NCBI GenBank assembly: GCA_002449665.1
Contig: DJXH01000058.1
Coordinates: 12,165-76,164 of the forward strand
DNA length: 64,000 nt
DNA from: Bacteroidales bacterium UBA7009
GTDB taxonomy: Bacteria; Bacteroidota; Bacteroidia; Bacteroidales; Paludibacteraceae
Direction of reading: 5' to 3'
The number at the start of each line of letters is the position of its first letter. Position 1 is the stretch's first letter. The notes under the pieces are model-generated. The model was not told the origin of the DNA and made no database searches. It saw nothing but the letters and a program-made list of their open reading frames with translations. The translations under genes and the position numbers were made by a program. This document shows positions 42,652-53,700 of the stretch, piece by piece.

Positions 42652-43706
42652 ACACCATCACCGCAGCACTGCTCTTCCGTAACAGACTCAAACGCGGCAA
42701 TGAGGCTCTGCGCCACTACGGCAGTGCCACACGCCTTTTGGCAGAAACGAAAGACGACAACTTGAGCGACTGTAAGCACGCTGCAGAGAAGGAATGGGAC
42801 TTCATACAGAAGCACGACATCGCCGTTACCAGTCCGCTTGACGACAACTACCCTCAACGGCTCAAACAATGCGTTGATGCGCCGATGGCACTTTTCTCAA
42901 AGGGCGACATCAACTTCAATACCAAGCATATAGTGTCCGTGGTAGGTACGCGCAGTTGCACCGAACGCGGTAAAGAAACGACCCGACGAATCATAATGGA
43001 CCTTGCCGCGAGACTGAACGACCTTACCATTGTCAGCGGTCTGGCCTACGGCATAGACATAGTTGCCCACCGAGCCGCCTTGGAAGCCGGAGTGCAGACC
43101 ATAGCCGTACTCGGACACGGATTAGACCGTATCTACCCCGCCGCACACAGGAACACGGCGATAGCGATGCTCAAAAACGGCGGACTGATAACCGAATATA
43201 CCAGCCTTACCGAACCCGATCGCTTTAACTTTGTGGCGCGCGACAGGATAATTGCCGGCATGGCGGATGCAGTGATAGTAGCCGAATCGAAAGACAAAGG
43301 CGGTTCGCTGATAACCGCAAGTATGGCTTTCGACTACTCCCGCCCCATCTTTGCCATACCCGGGCGACCCGATGACCTCTGCTCACAAGGCTGCAACCGA
43401 CTGATAAAAGAACACAAGGCAACCCTCGCGGAGAATGCTGACGACATAATAAAAACAATGATGTGGGACGAAGAGGCTCAGAACAAGCCAAGACAAACCT
43501 CTATCACAGAGATACTTGAAGGTATGACCGATGAAGAAGCACGCATCATACAACTGCTTAAACAGGAAGAGGACGGAATGCACGTCAACGATATGATGTC
43601 CACACTGAAAATGCCCTACTCCGCCCTTGTGGCAGGGCTGATGACAATGGAGATGAAAAACTGGGTCAAGTCCCTGCCCGGAGGAATATACAGAGCGATA
43701 CTATAA
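42630..43706 (+). CDS. dprA: DNA-processing protein DprA (Smf)
   Basis: VVGTRSCTERG...SGLAYGIDIVAHRAAL...VLGHGLDRIYP...ESKDKGGSLITA. The internal ATG at 42630 (MEKKETIDT) was used, because the 133-codon N-terminal extension in the ORF track is Arg/His-rich junk overlapping upp and VanZ. Confidence 0.88.
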   Translation: MEKKETIDTITAALLFRNRLKRGNEALRHYGSATRLLAETKDDNLSDCKHAAEKEWDFIQKHDIAVTSPLDDNYPQRLKQCVDAPMALFSKGDINFNTKHIVSVVGTRSCTERGKETTRRIIMDLAARLNDLTIVSGLAYGIDIVAHRAALEAGVQTIAVLGHGLDRIYPAAHRNTAIAMLKNGGLITEYTSLTEPDRFNFVARDRIIAGMADAVIVAESKDKGGSLITASMAFDYSRPIFAIPGRPDDLCSQGCNRLIKEHKATLAENADDIIKTMMWDEEAQNKPRQTSITEILEGMTDEEARIIQLLKQEEDGMHVNDMMSTLKMPYSALVAGLMTMEMKNWVKSLPGGIYRAIL

Positions 43707-43739
43707 TCGGTGGCGTATTATATACAGATACCTACTCTC

Positions 43740-45194
43740 TTACACTACAGGTGCGATAAGCCGCATAATCCTATACCACCCGCGTTTCCACCATGGCTCA
43801 CGCCTTAATGTATTAAGGTCAAGTTCGCTGCTCAAAGCCAAATCCTGCTCAAAGATTTCCTTATTGCGGGCAGCCAAACCGCTATCAAACATATAGGTAT
43901 TGATTTCATAATCAATATCAAATGAGCGGTTGTCAAGGTTAGACGAACCTATCATAGACAGGTAGTCGTCCATAAGCAGGGTCTTGCTGTGGATAAACTC
44001 CCCACCTCTCAAGAACACTCTCGCACCGGCTTCAAGACAGAGCATATAGTAAGCCTTGTTGATAGGTCGCATAATAGCGGTGTCGTTTTTCTTCGGCACC
44101 ATTATCCTTACGTCCACTCCCGCAGCCGAAGCCGCTTGTATGGCTCTGAGGAAAGACTCGGGCGGAGCAAGATAGGGAGTCTGTATCCATACGTACTTCT
44201 TGGCGTTGAGCAGTGCCCACTCATAACTAATATGTATAGCAGGGACGGGGGAAGAAGGGTCCCCGGTGGCTATCTGTATGAGCGGCTTTGCAGGAAGAGA
44301 ATCTGCATTACTACCTTCTGCCTTTCCATTCAGCATCGGGAAGAAAGAGAGCAGGGGCGTTGCTAATTTGCCTCGGCAGTTGACCCAAGTATCAAGGAAA
44401 GCGTATTGGAGTTGCGCCACAGCCGAACCGGTAAAGCGGATATGCGTATCACGCCAGCGGCGGAAATACTTATCGCTGATATTCATACCGCCGGTATAAC
44501 CTATACGACCGTCTATCACGGCTATTTTGCGGTGGTCGCGATAACTGAGCGTAGAGAGGAAACGCAGCGGCGAAAAACTGTAGTTAGTGAAATTAACGAC
44601 TTCCACCCCTGCACGGCGCATACTGTTGAAATACCAATAGGGTATGGGGATATTGGCTATGTTCTCTTTTATGAATCTCACTTTCACACCCTCACGGGCT
44701 TTCTGCATCAGAGCCTGCTTGACCGCCTTGCCGCCTTCGTCATTGCCGAACTTAAAGTACTCGATATGAATACTCTCTTTGGCGTTTTTTATATCCTCCA
44801 TCAGCAGTTCGTATTTGCGGCTGCCGGAAGTGATAATCTCTATCGTCTCAACCTCATTCACCGAAGGACGGTTGCCGGAAGCCAGCACTTTGTTAAGCGG
44901 GCGGTATGGGGCGAGAATATCTTCAAGCCTGCGTGTAGAGAAAAGCAGGGTGCGCAGTGCCGGCGTTGCCTGCTCGTTGAAGACCTTATTAAAACGCCTG
45001 TGAGCGCGGATATAGTTCTTGCGGCTGCGCTTGTTGATGCCGAACAAGAGATAGAAAATCAGTCCGCCCACCGGCAGCAGGGCGATAATAAGAATCCAGC
45101 CTATCCTGCGCCCCGGGTCGCCGTTATCCACAATAACGACAAAAGCAAGTCCGATAATAAGCAGAACGGTGAATATGCTCCAGAAAGTGGTCAT
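43740..45194 (-). CDS. cls: Cardiolipin synthase (PLD superfamily, two HKD motifs)
   Basis: Two N-terminal TM helices and HKD motifs HRKIAVIDG and HSKTLLMDD. Confidence 0.9.
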   Translation of the reverse strand: MTTFWSIFTVLLIIGLAFVVIVDNGDPGRRIGWILIIALLPVGGLIFYLLFGINKRSRKNYIRAHRRFNKVFNEQATPALRTLLFSTRRLEDILAPYRPLNKVLASGNRPSVNEVETIEIITSGSRKYELLMEDIKNAKESIHIEYFKFGNDEGGKAVKQALMQKAREGVKVRFIKENIANIPIPYWYFNSMRRAGVEVVNFTNYSFSPLRFLSTLSYRDHRKIAVIDGRIGYTGGMNISDKYFRRWRDTHIRFTGSAVAQLQYAFLDTWVNCRGKLATPLLSFFPMLNGKAEGSNADSLPAKPLIQIATGDPSSPVPAIHISYEWALLNAKKYVWIQTPYLAPPESFLRAIQAASAAGVDVRIMVPKKNDTAIMRPINKAYYMLCLEAGARVFLRGGEFIHSKTLLMDDYLSMIGSSNLDNRSFDIDYEINTYMFDSGLAARNKEIFEQDLALSSELDLNTLRREPWWKRGWYRIMRLIAPVV

Positions 45195-45209
45195 CTCTGT
45201 CTCTGGTGT

Positions 45210-46178
45210 TTATATCTGTTCGCGGATAAGATAGTCATTGCGCGCGGGCGAGTTGCGAATGATAAGTTCGCCAAGGAAGCCGGCAAGGAAAAGCATACAG
45301 CCGAGCACCATCATTAGAATACTCAAGTGGAAATACGGGTTGTCCGCCACAAGCATGGCTTTGATACCATGGTTGAGTGAGTAAAGTTTCATAGCCCCCA
45401 CCACCACTATGGCTATAAATCCGAGTACGAACATAAGGCTGCCTATCAGTCCGAAGAAGTGCATCGGCTGTTTGCCGAACCGTTGCAAGAACCACAGGGT
45501 GAGCAAGTCAAGATAGCCGTTTACAAAGCGACTAAGCCCGAACTTGGACACGCCGAACTCGCGTTTGCGATGCTGCACCACTTTCTCGCCGATACGCGTA
45601 AATCCGGCGTTTTTGGCAAGATAGGGGATATATCTGTGCATCTCGGAGAACACCTCTATGTTTTTTACCACATCTTTTCTATACGCTTTCAGACCGCAGT
45701 TCATATCGTGCAGCCGGATGCCGGTAACACATCGGGCGGTGGCGTTGAAGAGTTTGGAAGGTATGTTTTTCGTAAAGCGATTGTCATAACGCTTTTTCTT
45801 CCATCCGCTTACGAGGTCATAGCCTTCCTCTTTTATCATCTTATAGAGTGCGGGAATTTCGTCGGGTGAGTCTTGCAGGTCGGCATCCATAGTGATGACC
45901 ACGTCACCTCGGGCAGCCTGAAAACCGCAGTGGAGGGCAGCGGACTTACCGTAGTTGCGGCGGAAGCATATACCGTGTACCACATCCGGCTCTGCATTAT
46001 GCAAATCGCTGATAATCTGCCAAGAGCCGTCCGTAGAACCATCAGATACGAACAGCACTTCATAGGAAAAGCCGTTTTCGGTCATCACGCGTTTTATCCA
46101 GTCGTAAAGTTTGAGCAGCGACTCCTCTTCGTTGTACAGCGGCACTACTACTGATATATCTGTATTGCGGTCGTTCAT
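45210..46178 (-). CDS. GT2 polyprenol-phosphate glycosyltransferase (GtrB/DPM1-like) with two C-terminal TM helices
   Basis: VVVPLYNEEESL, ITMDADLQD (DxD), and C-terminal TM pairs. Confidence 0.85.
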   Translation of the reverse strand: MNDRNTDISVVVPLYNEEESLLKLYDWIKRVMTENGFSYEVLFVSDGSTDGSWQIISDLHNAEPDVVHGICFRRNYGKSAALHCGFQAARGDVVITMDADLQDSPDEIPALYKMIKEEGYDLVSGWKKKRYDNRFTKNIPSKLFNATARCVTGIRLHDMNCGLKAYRKDVVKNIEVFSEMHRYIPYLAKNAGFTRIGEKVVQHRKREFGVSKFGLSRFVNGYLDLLTLWFLQRFGKQPMHFFGLIGSLMFVLGFIAIVVVGAMKLYSLNHGIKAMLVADNPYFHLSILMMVLGCMLFLAGFLGELIIRNSPARNDYLIREQI

Positions 46179-46212
46179 AGTCGGTTTTATATTGAGTTGG
46201 TTTACAGTATCG

Positions 46213-46734
46213 TTATTTTTCTATTATGCCGATATATGGCAGCATACGTGAGCGGTGGTTATCGTCAAGCCCGCAACCGACAAAGAAATCGTCGGACGGG
46301 TCTATAATACATGATGTAAGACCTATGTCATCCGGCAGACGAGTGGAAGTACGAGAGAGCAATGTAACCACCTGAACGTCTGCTGCTTGGAGTTCGTTCT
46401 TGAGGTAACGAACCGCCTCTGTCGCAGTCTGCCCCGAGTCGCAAATATCATCGCATATCAACACTTGCTTGCCCTTCAAGTCCATTTTAGGTATATAGTC
46501 CCATACGAGCTCGCGCCTTTCCGCTCCTTCGTATGAGTGGCACTTGACATAATACACTTCGTTGGCTGTTTCGCCGAGACAGTCAAACAGATGTGAAGCG
46601 AACCACACGCCGCCGTTAAGCAGGACGACATACACTGTTTGGTCGTTTATAATGCCGTTTTGCTGCAGGGCTTTGGCTGTGGAGTGGATGGCAGTGAGGA
46701 CTTCCGCCTCGGAGTACTTGACAGGATAGGTCAT
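46213..46734 (-). CDS. Phosphoribosyltransferase (HGPRT-like)
   Basis: PRPP-binding loop QVLICDDICDSGQT. 173 aa. Confidence 0.75.
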   Translation of the reverse strand: MTYPVKYSEAEVLTAIHSTAKALQQNGIINDQTVYVVLLNGGVWFASHLFDCLGETANEVYYVKCHSYEGAERRELVWDYIPKMDLKGKQVLICDDICDSGQTATEAVRYLKNELQAADVQVVTLLSRTSTRLPDDIGLTSCIIDPSDDFFVGCGLDDNHRSRMLPYIGIIEK

Positions 46735-46735
46735 A

Positions 46736-47599
46736 TTATTGTATTCGGTTGATTATACTTTGTTTGTCAAACATCTTCATTCTTCTCATAACTGCAAACA
46801 CGAGCAGGTCGGGCAAGTGGCTGATAACGGGTACGATAATCTTATTCCACGCACCCGGCATATATGTTTTTCGGGAAGAGTGGAAAAGATTATGCAAGGC
46901 TTTGCTTACTAATCGTTCAGGCGGCATTGTTATGCCGGTCTTACGAAGGAAAGAAGCCATACGCGGCGGGAAAGGCAGCAGTCCCGTATCGGTGGATCCG
47001 GGGGCAAGAGCCATCACGCGAATGTCAAACGGCTTTAGTTCATACCAAAGGGACTTGGTAAGATTAAGTACGTATGCCTTGGAGGCGTTGTAACACTGAA
47101 TGGAAGGCACCGACATCCAAGCCGACATAGACGACATATTGAGTATATATCTTCTCTTGCAGTCCCCATCTGCTGTCTGCTTTATCCAATCTGCTGCGAA
47201 AAGTCGGCAAAGCGAAGTGAGTGTCAGGGTCTGCAAGGACACCAAATCTTGTAGTCTATGCAAAGGTACGCTGACAAAAGCATCAAAGACAAGGAACCCT
47301 GCATTATTAATAAGTACACTTATATCCGCTCCCGTTTCCTGCACCTTATTATATACATCTTCCGCTGCTTCGGGGGCTGCAAGGTCAGTATAGACCGTCC
47401 ACACCTCCACGCCGTAGCGTGATTGCAGTTGCTCTTTCGTAGTCAGCAAAGCCTCCTCTTGATTGCTTACGAGAAAGAGGTTGTAGCCGTAGTTGCCTGC
47501 CAACTGCTCCGCATACTCCCGCCCTATACCCGAAGAGCCGCCCGAAATGAGAGCCCAAGAGGCAGAAGCAGGAGAAGTATGGTGTGCAGGCTGAGGCAT
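46736..47599 (-). CDS. Short-chain dehydrogenase/reductase (SDR) family oxidoreductase
   Basis: Cofactor motif ISGGSSGIGREYA, NNAG, and catalytic YNASKAY. Confidence 0.85.
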   Translation of the reverse strand: MPQPAHHTSPASASWALISGGSSGIGREYAEQLAGNYGYNLFLVSNQEEALLTTKEQLQSRYGVEVWTVYTDLAAPEAAEDVYNKVQETGADISVLINNAGFLVFDAFVSVPLHRLQDLVSLQTLTLTSLCRLFAADWIKQTADGDCKRRYILNMSSMSAWMSVPSIQCYNASKAYVLNLTKSLWYELKPFDIRVMALAPGSTDTGLLPFPPRMASFLRKTGITMPPERLVSKALHNLFHSSRKTYMPGAWNKIIVPVISHLPDLLVFAVMRRMKMFDKQSIINRIQ

Positions 47600-47611
47600 A
47601 GAGCACAGACC

Positions 47612-50512
47612 TTAATATATAAATATATCTTTTTCGCTGAACTTACGCACTTTGCCGCGCTGCTTGAGATACTTCATATCAAGTTCTTTGTTGTTGCCGA
47701 GAATCATATAGCGGTATGTACGTTTGGCTACACGTTCTTTGGCAAAAGCAGCCACATCGTCAAGCGTAAGGCGTTTTACCTCCTCGTATATGTCCTTATA
47801 CATATCTCTGTTCCAGCCTTTTTCCATAAACCCGAGGTACGCACTGATAGGAGCGGAGCGCACATAGCGGCGTTTCTCTATGCTCTTGAGCAGAGAGGTC
47901 TTGGCTTGGTCGAAAGCCGACTGTGAGCGAGGCAGATAGTCGCATATGGAATCGAAGGTCTGCATACACTCTTCCAGTTTGTCGTTTTGGGTGATGATGT
48001 AGGTCATAAACCAGTTGCAGTCGCCCTTATAGGGAGAGATACGATAAGACGCGGACGAGGAGTAGCACAAAGCGCGGGACTCGCGCATCTCTTGGAAGAC
48101 AATCGAACCCATTGAGCCGTTGAAATACTCGTTAAAGAGGCGTATGATGGCCTCGTCCTTGGGGGTATAGACCTCGCCCCAGTTGGCATAACCTATATAA
48201 TAGACGTTGTTGGCATTGAATGGAGCCATCCATATCTCAGTTTTCTCCACTTTCTCGCGCTTGAGGTGATAGGGTTTTTCCACCATATTCTTGTTACCCA
48301 TAGCCACAATGCGGGAGTTCTTGTTGAGGTGTTGCGTTACTTCCACTTCTGTTGCCGGACCGTAGTATATCACTCTGCCCACGGCGGGAATGTACGAACG
48401 GAGTAAGTCTAAGACTTTCTGTCCGCTCAGGCGGCGCATCTGCTTGGGAGTGAGAGTGAGCGATTTCCACGTTTTCTTGCCGTAGAAACCCAGTCCGGTC
48501 AGTTGGTTGAAGCAAGAGCGTTGGTCAAGTTTGGCATCGTTATGCGATTTGATATGGTCGCTGACCACCTCTGCATATACAGCCTCATCGGCTTGGGCAG
48601 TGAGCAGCCAGTCCTCAAGCAGAGCAAGGGTGGCATCAAAGTTCTCTTGCAAACCATAGATAGAGAAATGTGTCTCGTCGCCGGTGGTATAGATACTTGC
48701 CTCGGCTGCGAGGTTGTAGAGTGCCTGCTGGAAGGCATCAACCGACAGTTTTTCAGTACCGAGATAAGAGAGCATATCCGTGGCAAGCGAGAGAGCAGGC
48801 AGCGTGTTGGAACCTTTGTCTATGACGAAATCAAGACTGAAGAGTTCGTTGTCTTTGTTCTGCACATAATATAAGGTCTGCCACTGGGCGAGGGGATTAT
48901 GCGCAAGGTCTTTGTTAAAATCGAGATACTGCGGCTGCAGTTGGTCTGCCTGAATGCCGGTTAGGCGGGTGAAGAAAGCCGACTGCTTCTCGCGGTTCAT
49001 CTCAATAGGCGTAATCTTCGGTTTTTCCACCTTTGCAGGATTGGCATCCACACCTTTTATCTTGCTTACACAAGCATAGGAGTCGGTGAAGTACTTGTTT
49101 GCCACACGCACGATGTCGTCCTTGGTTATGAGTGCTTTGCGGTCAAGTTCGTGTACTATATCTTCGTAAGGGATACCATATATGAACGAGTTTAAGAACA
49201 TATTGGCTCTTGCTCGGTTGGACTCAAGGCTCTGCATCTCATATCGGCGTTGGTTGGCTATAATGGCGCGAAGCATATTTTCGGAGAAATCGCCGCGTTT
49301 GAGTTTGTCCACCTCGCCGAGCAGTATTTTCCTTACATCTTCTAGCGACTGTGTCTCTTTGGGCATACCGATAAGATAGAAGGTAGTAAAGTCGTTGCTC
49401 GATAGTGCGGCAGCATCAAAGCCGAGCAAGAGTTGCTTCTGGTCTATATCCACATCCATCAGTCCGCACTTGCCGTTGGTAAGCACTGCATTCATCACCT
49501 CTATTACATCCATTTCATCGTCCGTAACGGCGGGAAAACGCCAAGCCATCCACAGTTCGGGCGACTCGGTGCCATAGACAACTGTATCTTTATGCTGTTT
49601 AAGAGGATTCTGCTCGGGTACGACAAAAGCCGGTATGTCTTTGGGTTGCCAAGAGCCGAAATACTGATCGACAATAGCGATTGACTTGTCAAAATCCATA
49701 TCACCTGCAAGGCAGATGGCGACGTTGTTGGGACGATAGTAGGTGTCGTAAAACTGTTTGATGTTCTTCAGCGAGGGGTTTTTGAGGTGTTCCTGCGTAC
49801 CGAGAACGGTATGTTGGCGATAAGGTACATCGGGGTAAAGCATTTGGTCAACGGCGAGCATCACCTTGTCCTGATCCATAGTGCTGTACATATTAAACTC
49901 CTCATAGACAGTCTCAAGTTCAGTATGGAAACCACGTACGACGAGGTTTTGGAAGCGGTCTGCCTCTATCATTGCCCAGCGGCGCAGTTCGCCTGCGGGA
50001 ATAACCTCGTGATAGACAGTGCGGTTAGTGGAGGTATAGGCATTTACGCCTGTGGCACCGATGACAGACATCAACTTATCAAACTCGTTGGCAATAGCAA
50101 TCTTCGAACCTTCGTATGAGAGGCTGTCTATTATATGATATATGGCTTTGCGTTGTTCGGGGTCGGTGGTAGAGCCGTATTGCTCGTAGAGGTCATCTAT
50201 CTTGTCGAGTATGGGTTTTTCTTTCTGGTAGTCGGTTGTGCCGTATTGCTTTGTCCCCTTAAACATCAGGTGTTCCTGATAGTGGGCAAGACCGGTGGAG
50301 TTCAGCGGGTCGTTTTGACTGCCTGCCCTCACTACAATCATTGTCTGTATCTCCGGCTTCTCGGCATTGCGAGTTATATAGACTTTCAGTCCGTTGTCAA
50401 GGGTGTAGATACGTGCGTGCATCGGGTCTCCTTGCACGGTCATGTAGGTGTAGTCCTTTGCTTGCAGACAGAGAGCCGACACAAGCAGAACCAACGAAAA
50501 TAAGCGTTTCAT
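47612..50512 (-). CDS. Secreted M16-family zinc peptidase (insulinase-like, double M16 unit)
   Basis: Inverted zinc motif HYQEHLMFKGT (HxxEH). Signal peptide MKRLFSLVLLVSALCLQA from the ATG at 50512. The ORF-track start at 50587 lies upstream of the predicted promoter. Confidence 0.88.
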   Translation of the reverse strand: MKRLFSLVLLVSALCLQAKDYTYMTVQGDPMHARIYTLDNGLKVYITRNAEKPEIQTMIVVRAGSQNDPLNSTGLAHYQEHLMFKGTKQYGTTDYQKEKPILDKIDDLYEQYGSTTDPEQRKAIYHIIDSLSYEGSKIAIANEFDKLMSVIGATGVNAYTSTNRTVYHEVIPAGELRRWAMIEADRFQNLVVRGFHTELETVYEEFNMYSTMDQDKVMLAVDQMLYPDVPYRQHTVLGTQEHLKNPSLKNIKQFYDTYYRPNNVAICLAGDMDFDKSIAIVDQYFGSWQPKDIPAFVVPEQNPLKQHKDTVVYGTESPELWMAWRFPAVTDDEMDVIEVMNAVLTNGKCGLMDVDIDQKQLLLGFDAAALSSNDFTTFYLIGMPKETQSLEDVRKILLGEVDKLKRGDFSENMLRAIIANQRRYEMQSLESNRARANMFLNSFIYGIPYEDIVHELDRKALITKDDIVRVANKYFTDSYACVSKIKGVDANPAKVEKPKITPIEMNREKQSAFFTRLTGIQADQLQPQYLDFNKDLAHNPLAQWQTLYYVQNKDNELFSLDFVIDKGSNTLPALSLATDMLSYLGTEKLSVDAFQQALYNLAAEASIYTTGDETHFSIYGLQENFDATLALLEDWLLTAQADEAVYAEVVSDHIKSHNDAKLDQRSCFNQLTGLGFYGKKTWKSLTLTPKQMRRLSGQKVLDLLRSYIPAVGRVIYYGPATEVEVTQHLNKNSRIVAMGNKNMVEKPYHLKREKVEKTEIWMAPFNANNVYYIGYANWGEVYTPKDEAIIRLFNEYFNGSMGSIVFQEMRESRALCYSSSASYRISPYKGDCNWFMTYIITQNDKLEECMQTFDSICDYLPRSQSAFDQAKTSLLKSIEKRRYVRSAPISAYLGFMEKGWNRDMYKDIYEEVKRLTLDDVAAFAKERVAKRTYRYMILGNNKELDMKYLKQRGKVRKFSEKDIFIY

Positions 50513-50544
50513 AAGCAAAAATATGATTGTGAAAAAAATTGCTG

Positions 50545-50576
50545 CAAAAGTACAACTTTTCTCACTTTTATGCAAA
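50545..50576 (-). promoter_or_regulatory. Putative promoter of the M16 peptidase operon (-33 TTTG, 20-nt spacer, -7 TACTTTTG)
   Basis: On the minus strand TACTTTTG is at 50552-50545 and TTTG at 50576-50573. Confidence 0.55.
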
Positions 50577-50695
50577 TTTTTACTCAATTTTACGGAAATA
50601 CAGGTTTATATTACCTCTCACACGGATATGCTTCAGTCTCATTTTTTTACAAAATGCACATATTCGGGCATAAAAAACATTTTTTTGTGAATAAA

Positions 50696-50727
50696 TTTGC
50701 ACACTTGACAGTCTTTTCGTATTTTTG
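50696..50727 (+). promoter_or_regulatory. Putative promoter of the giant repeat-protein gene (-33 TTTG, 20-nt spacer, -7 TATTTTTG)
   Basis: TTTG at 50696-50699 and TATTTTTG at 50720-50727. The ATG is at 50772. Confidence 0.55.
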
Positions 50728-50771
50728 CGGGCTTATTATTACAACCGACAAATCTAATACTATAATAGCTT

Positions 50772-53700
50772 ATGAAAAATTTATTCTTAAAGTTAATCTT
50801 ACTCGTCTTAACAATCAGCTTTAACGTATTGGCAGTGGCACGTACCAATACTATTTATCAGGACATCAGTTATTGCAAGTTACGTTACGCCGATACATCC
50901 GGAAAAAACACACAGTTTAATATCACACTTTTTGATAACAACAATAACAGCAAACTGTTTGTTGTATGGGTAAGCATCGGTTCCCTATCAAGAGTTGAAG
51001 GTATGCACAAAGTACCGCTATACTCTACGACTTTGCAAGACTATACTTGCTATTTTTACGATACCGACAACTATAAGTGGTCGAATCCTTCCGGCTACGT
51101 AGAATTTCGTTTTACTGGAAGATATAGTGGTTCCGACCCTATCTATTATGTTCATTTTCAATTACGCGGCTACTATGGAAGCCGTTCCTCATACAATGGA
51201 ACGTGCGAATTTGCAAAAGAAATTCCCGTAAAAATGACAGATGTAAATAACAACCCGATAGAAATAAAAAACGATATAACTGTTGTTAACATTCCGGGCT
51301 GCGACAGTCACGTATCTGCTAAAGATGAAGGCTACTTTAATTATATCGGTCAAAGTGAACAGTATTTATTCCGTTTTGAAACTCTTTCGGTTAGTGATGA
51401 TGAGGGGCGTTTTTTAGGACTTGGCACAAATGTTGATGACGATTACACATATAATCAATTACTTCCTAACGGCTATAATAAACAGACAGGTGATGCGTCT
51501 TGTGACGTTACGCTATACAACGGGTATTATTTCTTTGAAGGATATTTCAATTACAATAATGCTTGTTTCTACGTAACTATGCAGTATCCTAACTATCAGG
51601 CAGATAACAATCCATATACTCAATCATTTGATTTTGAAAGTGCTACCATAACGAGACGTGCGGATTTTGAGACATCGGGAGTTGTCACTTTGACTGCCAC
51701 TAATGAAGACAACAAAAAAGTCGTGCTGGATTTTGTTGTTGATAAAGATGCTGTAGGGAATACCGGCGAGATCATAATACCGGCCGGAGACTATACCGTA
51801 AGTACTTCTGAAGAACAGGGGACTATAATTGCTTCCGGCGGCATAAATTATGATTTATCTATAAAAAATTCATACGCCGGAACAACTACAGCATTAAATG
51901 CAACCAATTACTCAACGAATCCTTTGTGGTGCCTACGAACAGGCGTTGTAACTGTTGAAGAAGGGATGTCAACCATAACGGTTACGGCCAATCAGAATTA
52001 CCGTAACGCTCCGGTTAATATCACAATTAAGAAGGCTGCCGCATCCACCCATACACTCACTTTCTACGGAGAGGGACTGACCGGCAACGTACAGCAGACT
52101 GAACTCAACGAAGGCGATGCCGTCACAGCACCTGTTCTGCCCGAACGTGCAGACAACAACGGAACATACACCTTCTCAGGATGGTACTGCGACAATGAGC
52201 AAACAGTAGTAACTGACTTCGACGGTGTAACAATGCCGGCTCAAAACCTCACATACAGAGCAACTTGGACTCTCACATCATACGACAACAAATGTATCGA
52301 CAGCGAAGGTAACGACTACGATGCAACAGCTATAATGATGTACGAGGAAAGATGGCAACTCGACGGCACAGACATCTTCTTTGACGACCACAACTCCACA
52401 TACGAAGACTACGACTACGCGGGAGAGTATATAGAAAATGCCAACCCCACACTCCCGTTGGCTGACAACTTCACCGACACTTACGTCTTCACTGACCCGC
52501 TGCGCTCAACTGACGCTAACGGTACGCAGTTTGACAGTATAGTCTATAAATTGGAAATGACTTACAGCAGGTTCTTCAACAACCACAAACCTGACAACTT
52601 CTCACCGGAAACAAGCAGACTTGACGAGCGCATAGACCTCGGTATCATCTACCTCGATGACGACACAGACTCATACACCAACGACGGACAGACATACACC
52701 CTTGCCAACCTCGAAGGCAAAAACGACTCCACATTCAGCCTCAAAATAGCAAGCGGCACATACCTGCACGGATGCGACAGCGTAGTCAAGTTCACAATCA
52801 CGCAATCACCGTTGCTCACGTGGGAAACAGACGGAGGAAACCTCACTGACGGAGATTACACCGATGGCAGAACAAAACCCGAAACACCGATAGTAGCACC
52901 AGCAGACCCCACCAAGGACGGATATACATTCAACGGATGGAACACCGCTGAAGACGGAACGGGAAGCAACTACTCCGCCGATGCAACCATGCCCGCAACT
53001 GACCTCACATACTATGCGCAATGGACAGTCGGCACACGCACCATCACTTGGGTCACTGACGGCGATGCACTCACAGGCAGTTATACAAACGGAGAGGTGA
53101 TGATAGGCTCCACCATCACGGAGCCGGACACTCCCACACGCACCGGCTATACATTCGCGGGCTGGTATCCTGCACCTGCGGAGACAATGCCGGATAATGA
53201 TCTTATCTATACAGCCACTTGGACTGCTCCCGCTACGCAAACACATATCTGTATCGACCCCGAAGGATATACCAACGAAGGAGGTGCAGATTGGTATATA
53301 GACGGGTGGGATGAGCATAACGATAAATATGAAAGCTACGAATACGTTACACGCGACACCATATATCGCGACACCCTCCGCTCTGCCGACAACAGTTTCG
53401 ACAGCATCTACTACTCGCTCGAACTGACATACAGCACGATGTATAAACAGTATAACCGTTTGGGAACACCCGCTAACGGCAGTACAACAACGAAAGTGGA
53501 TTTCCGCGTTGACCTCGGAACAATCTACCTTAATGATGAGAGCGATAGTTACACCAACGACGGACAGACCTTCACTCTCGCTAACCTCGAAGGCAAAAAC
53601 GACTCGACCTTCAGCCTCAAAATAGCAAGCGGTACTGCACTGCACGGCTGCGACAGTGTCGTTAAGTTCACTCTCACACAATCACCACTGCTCACGTGGA

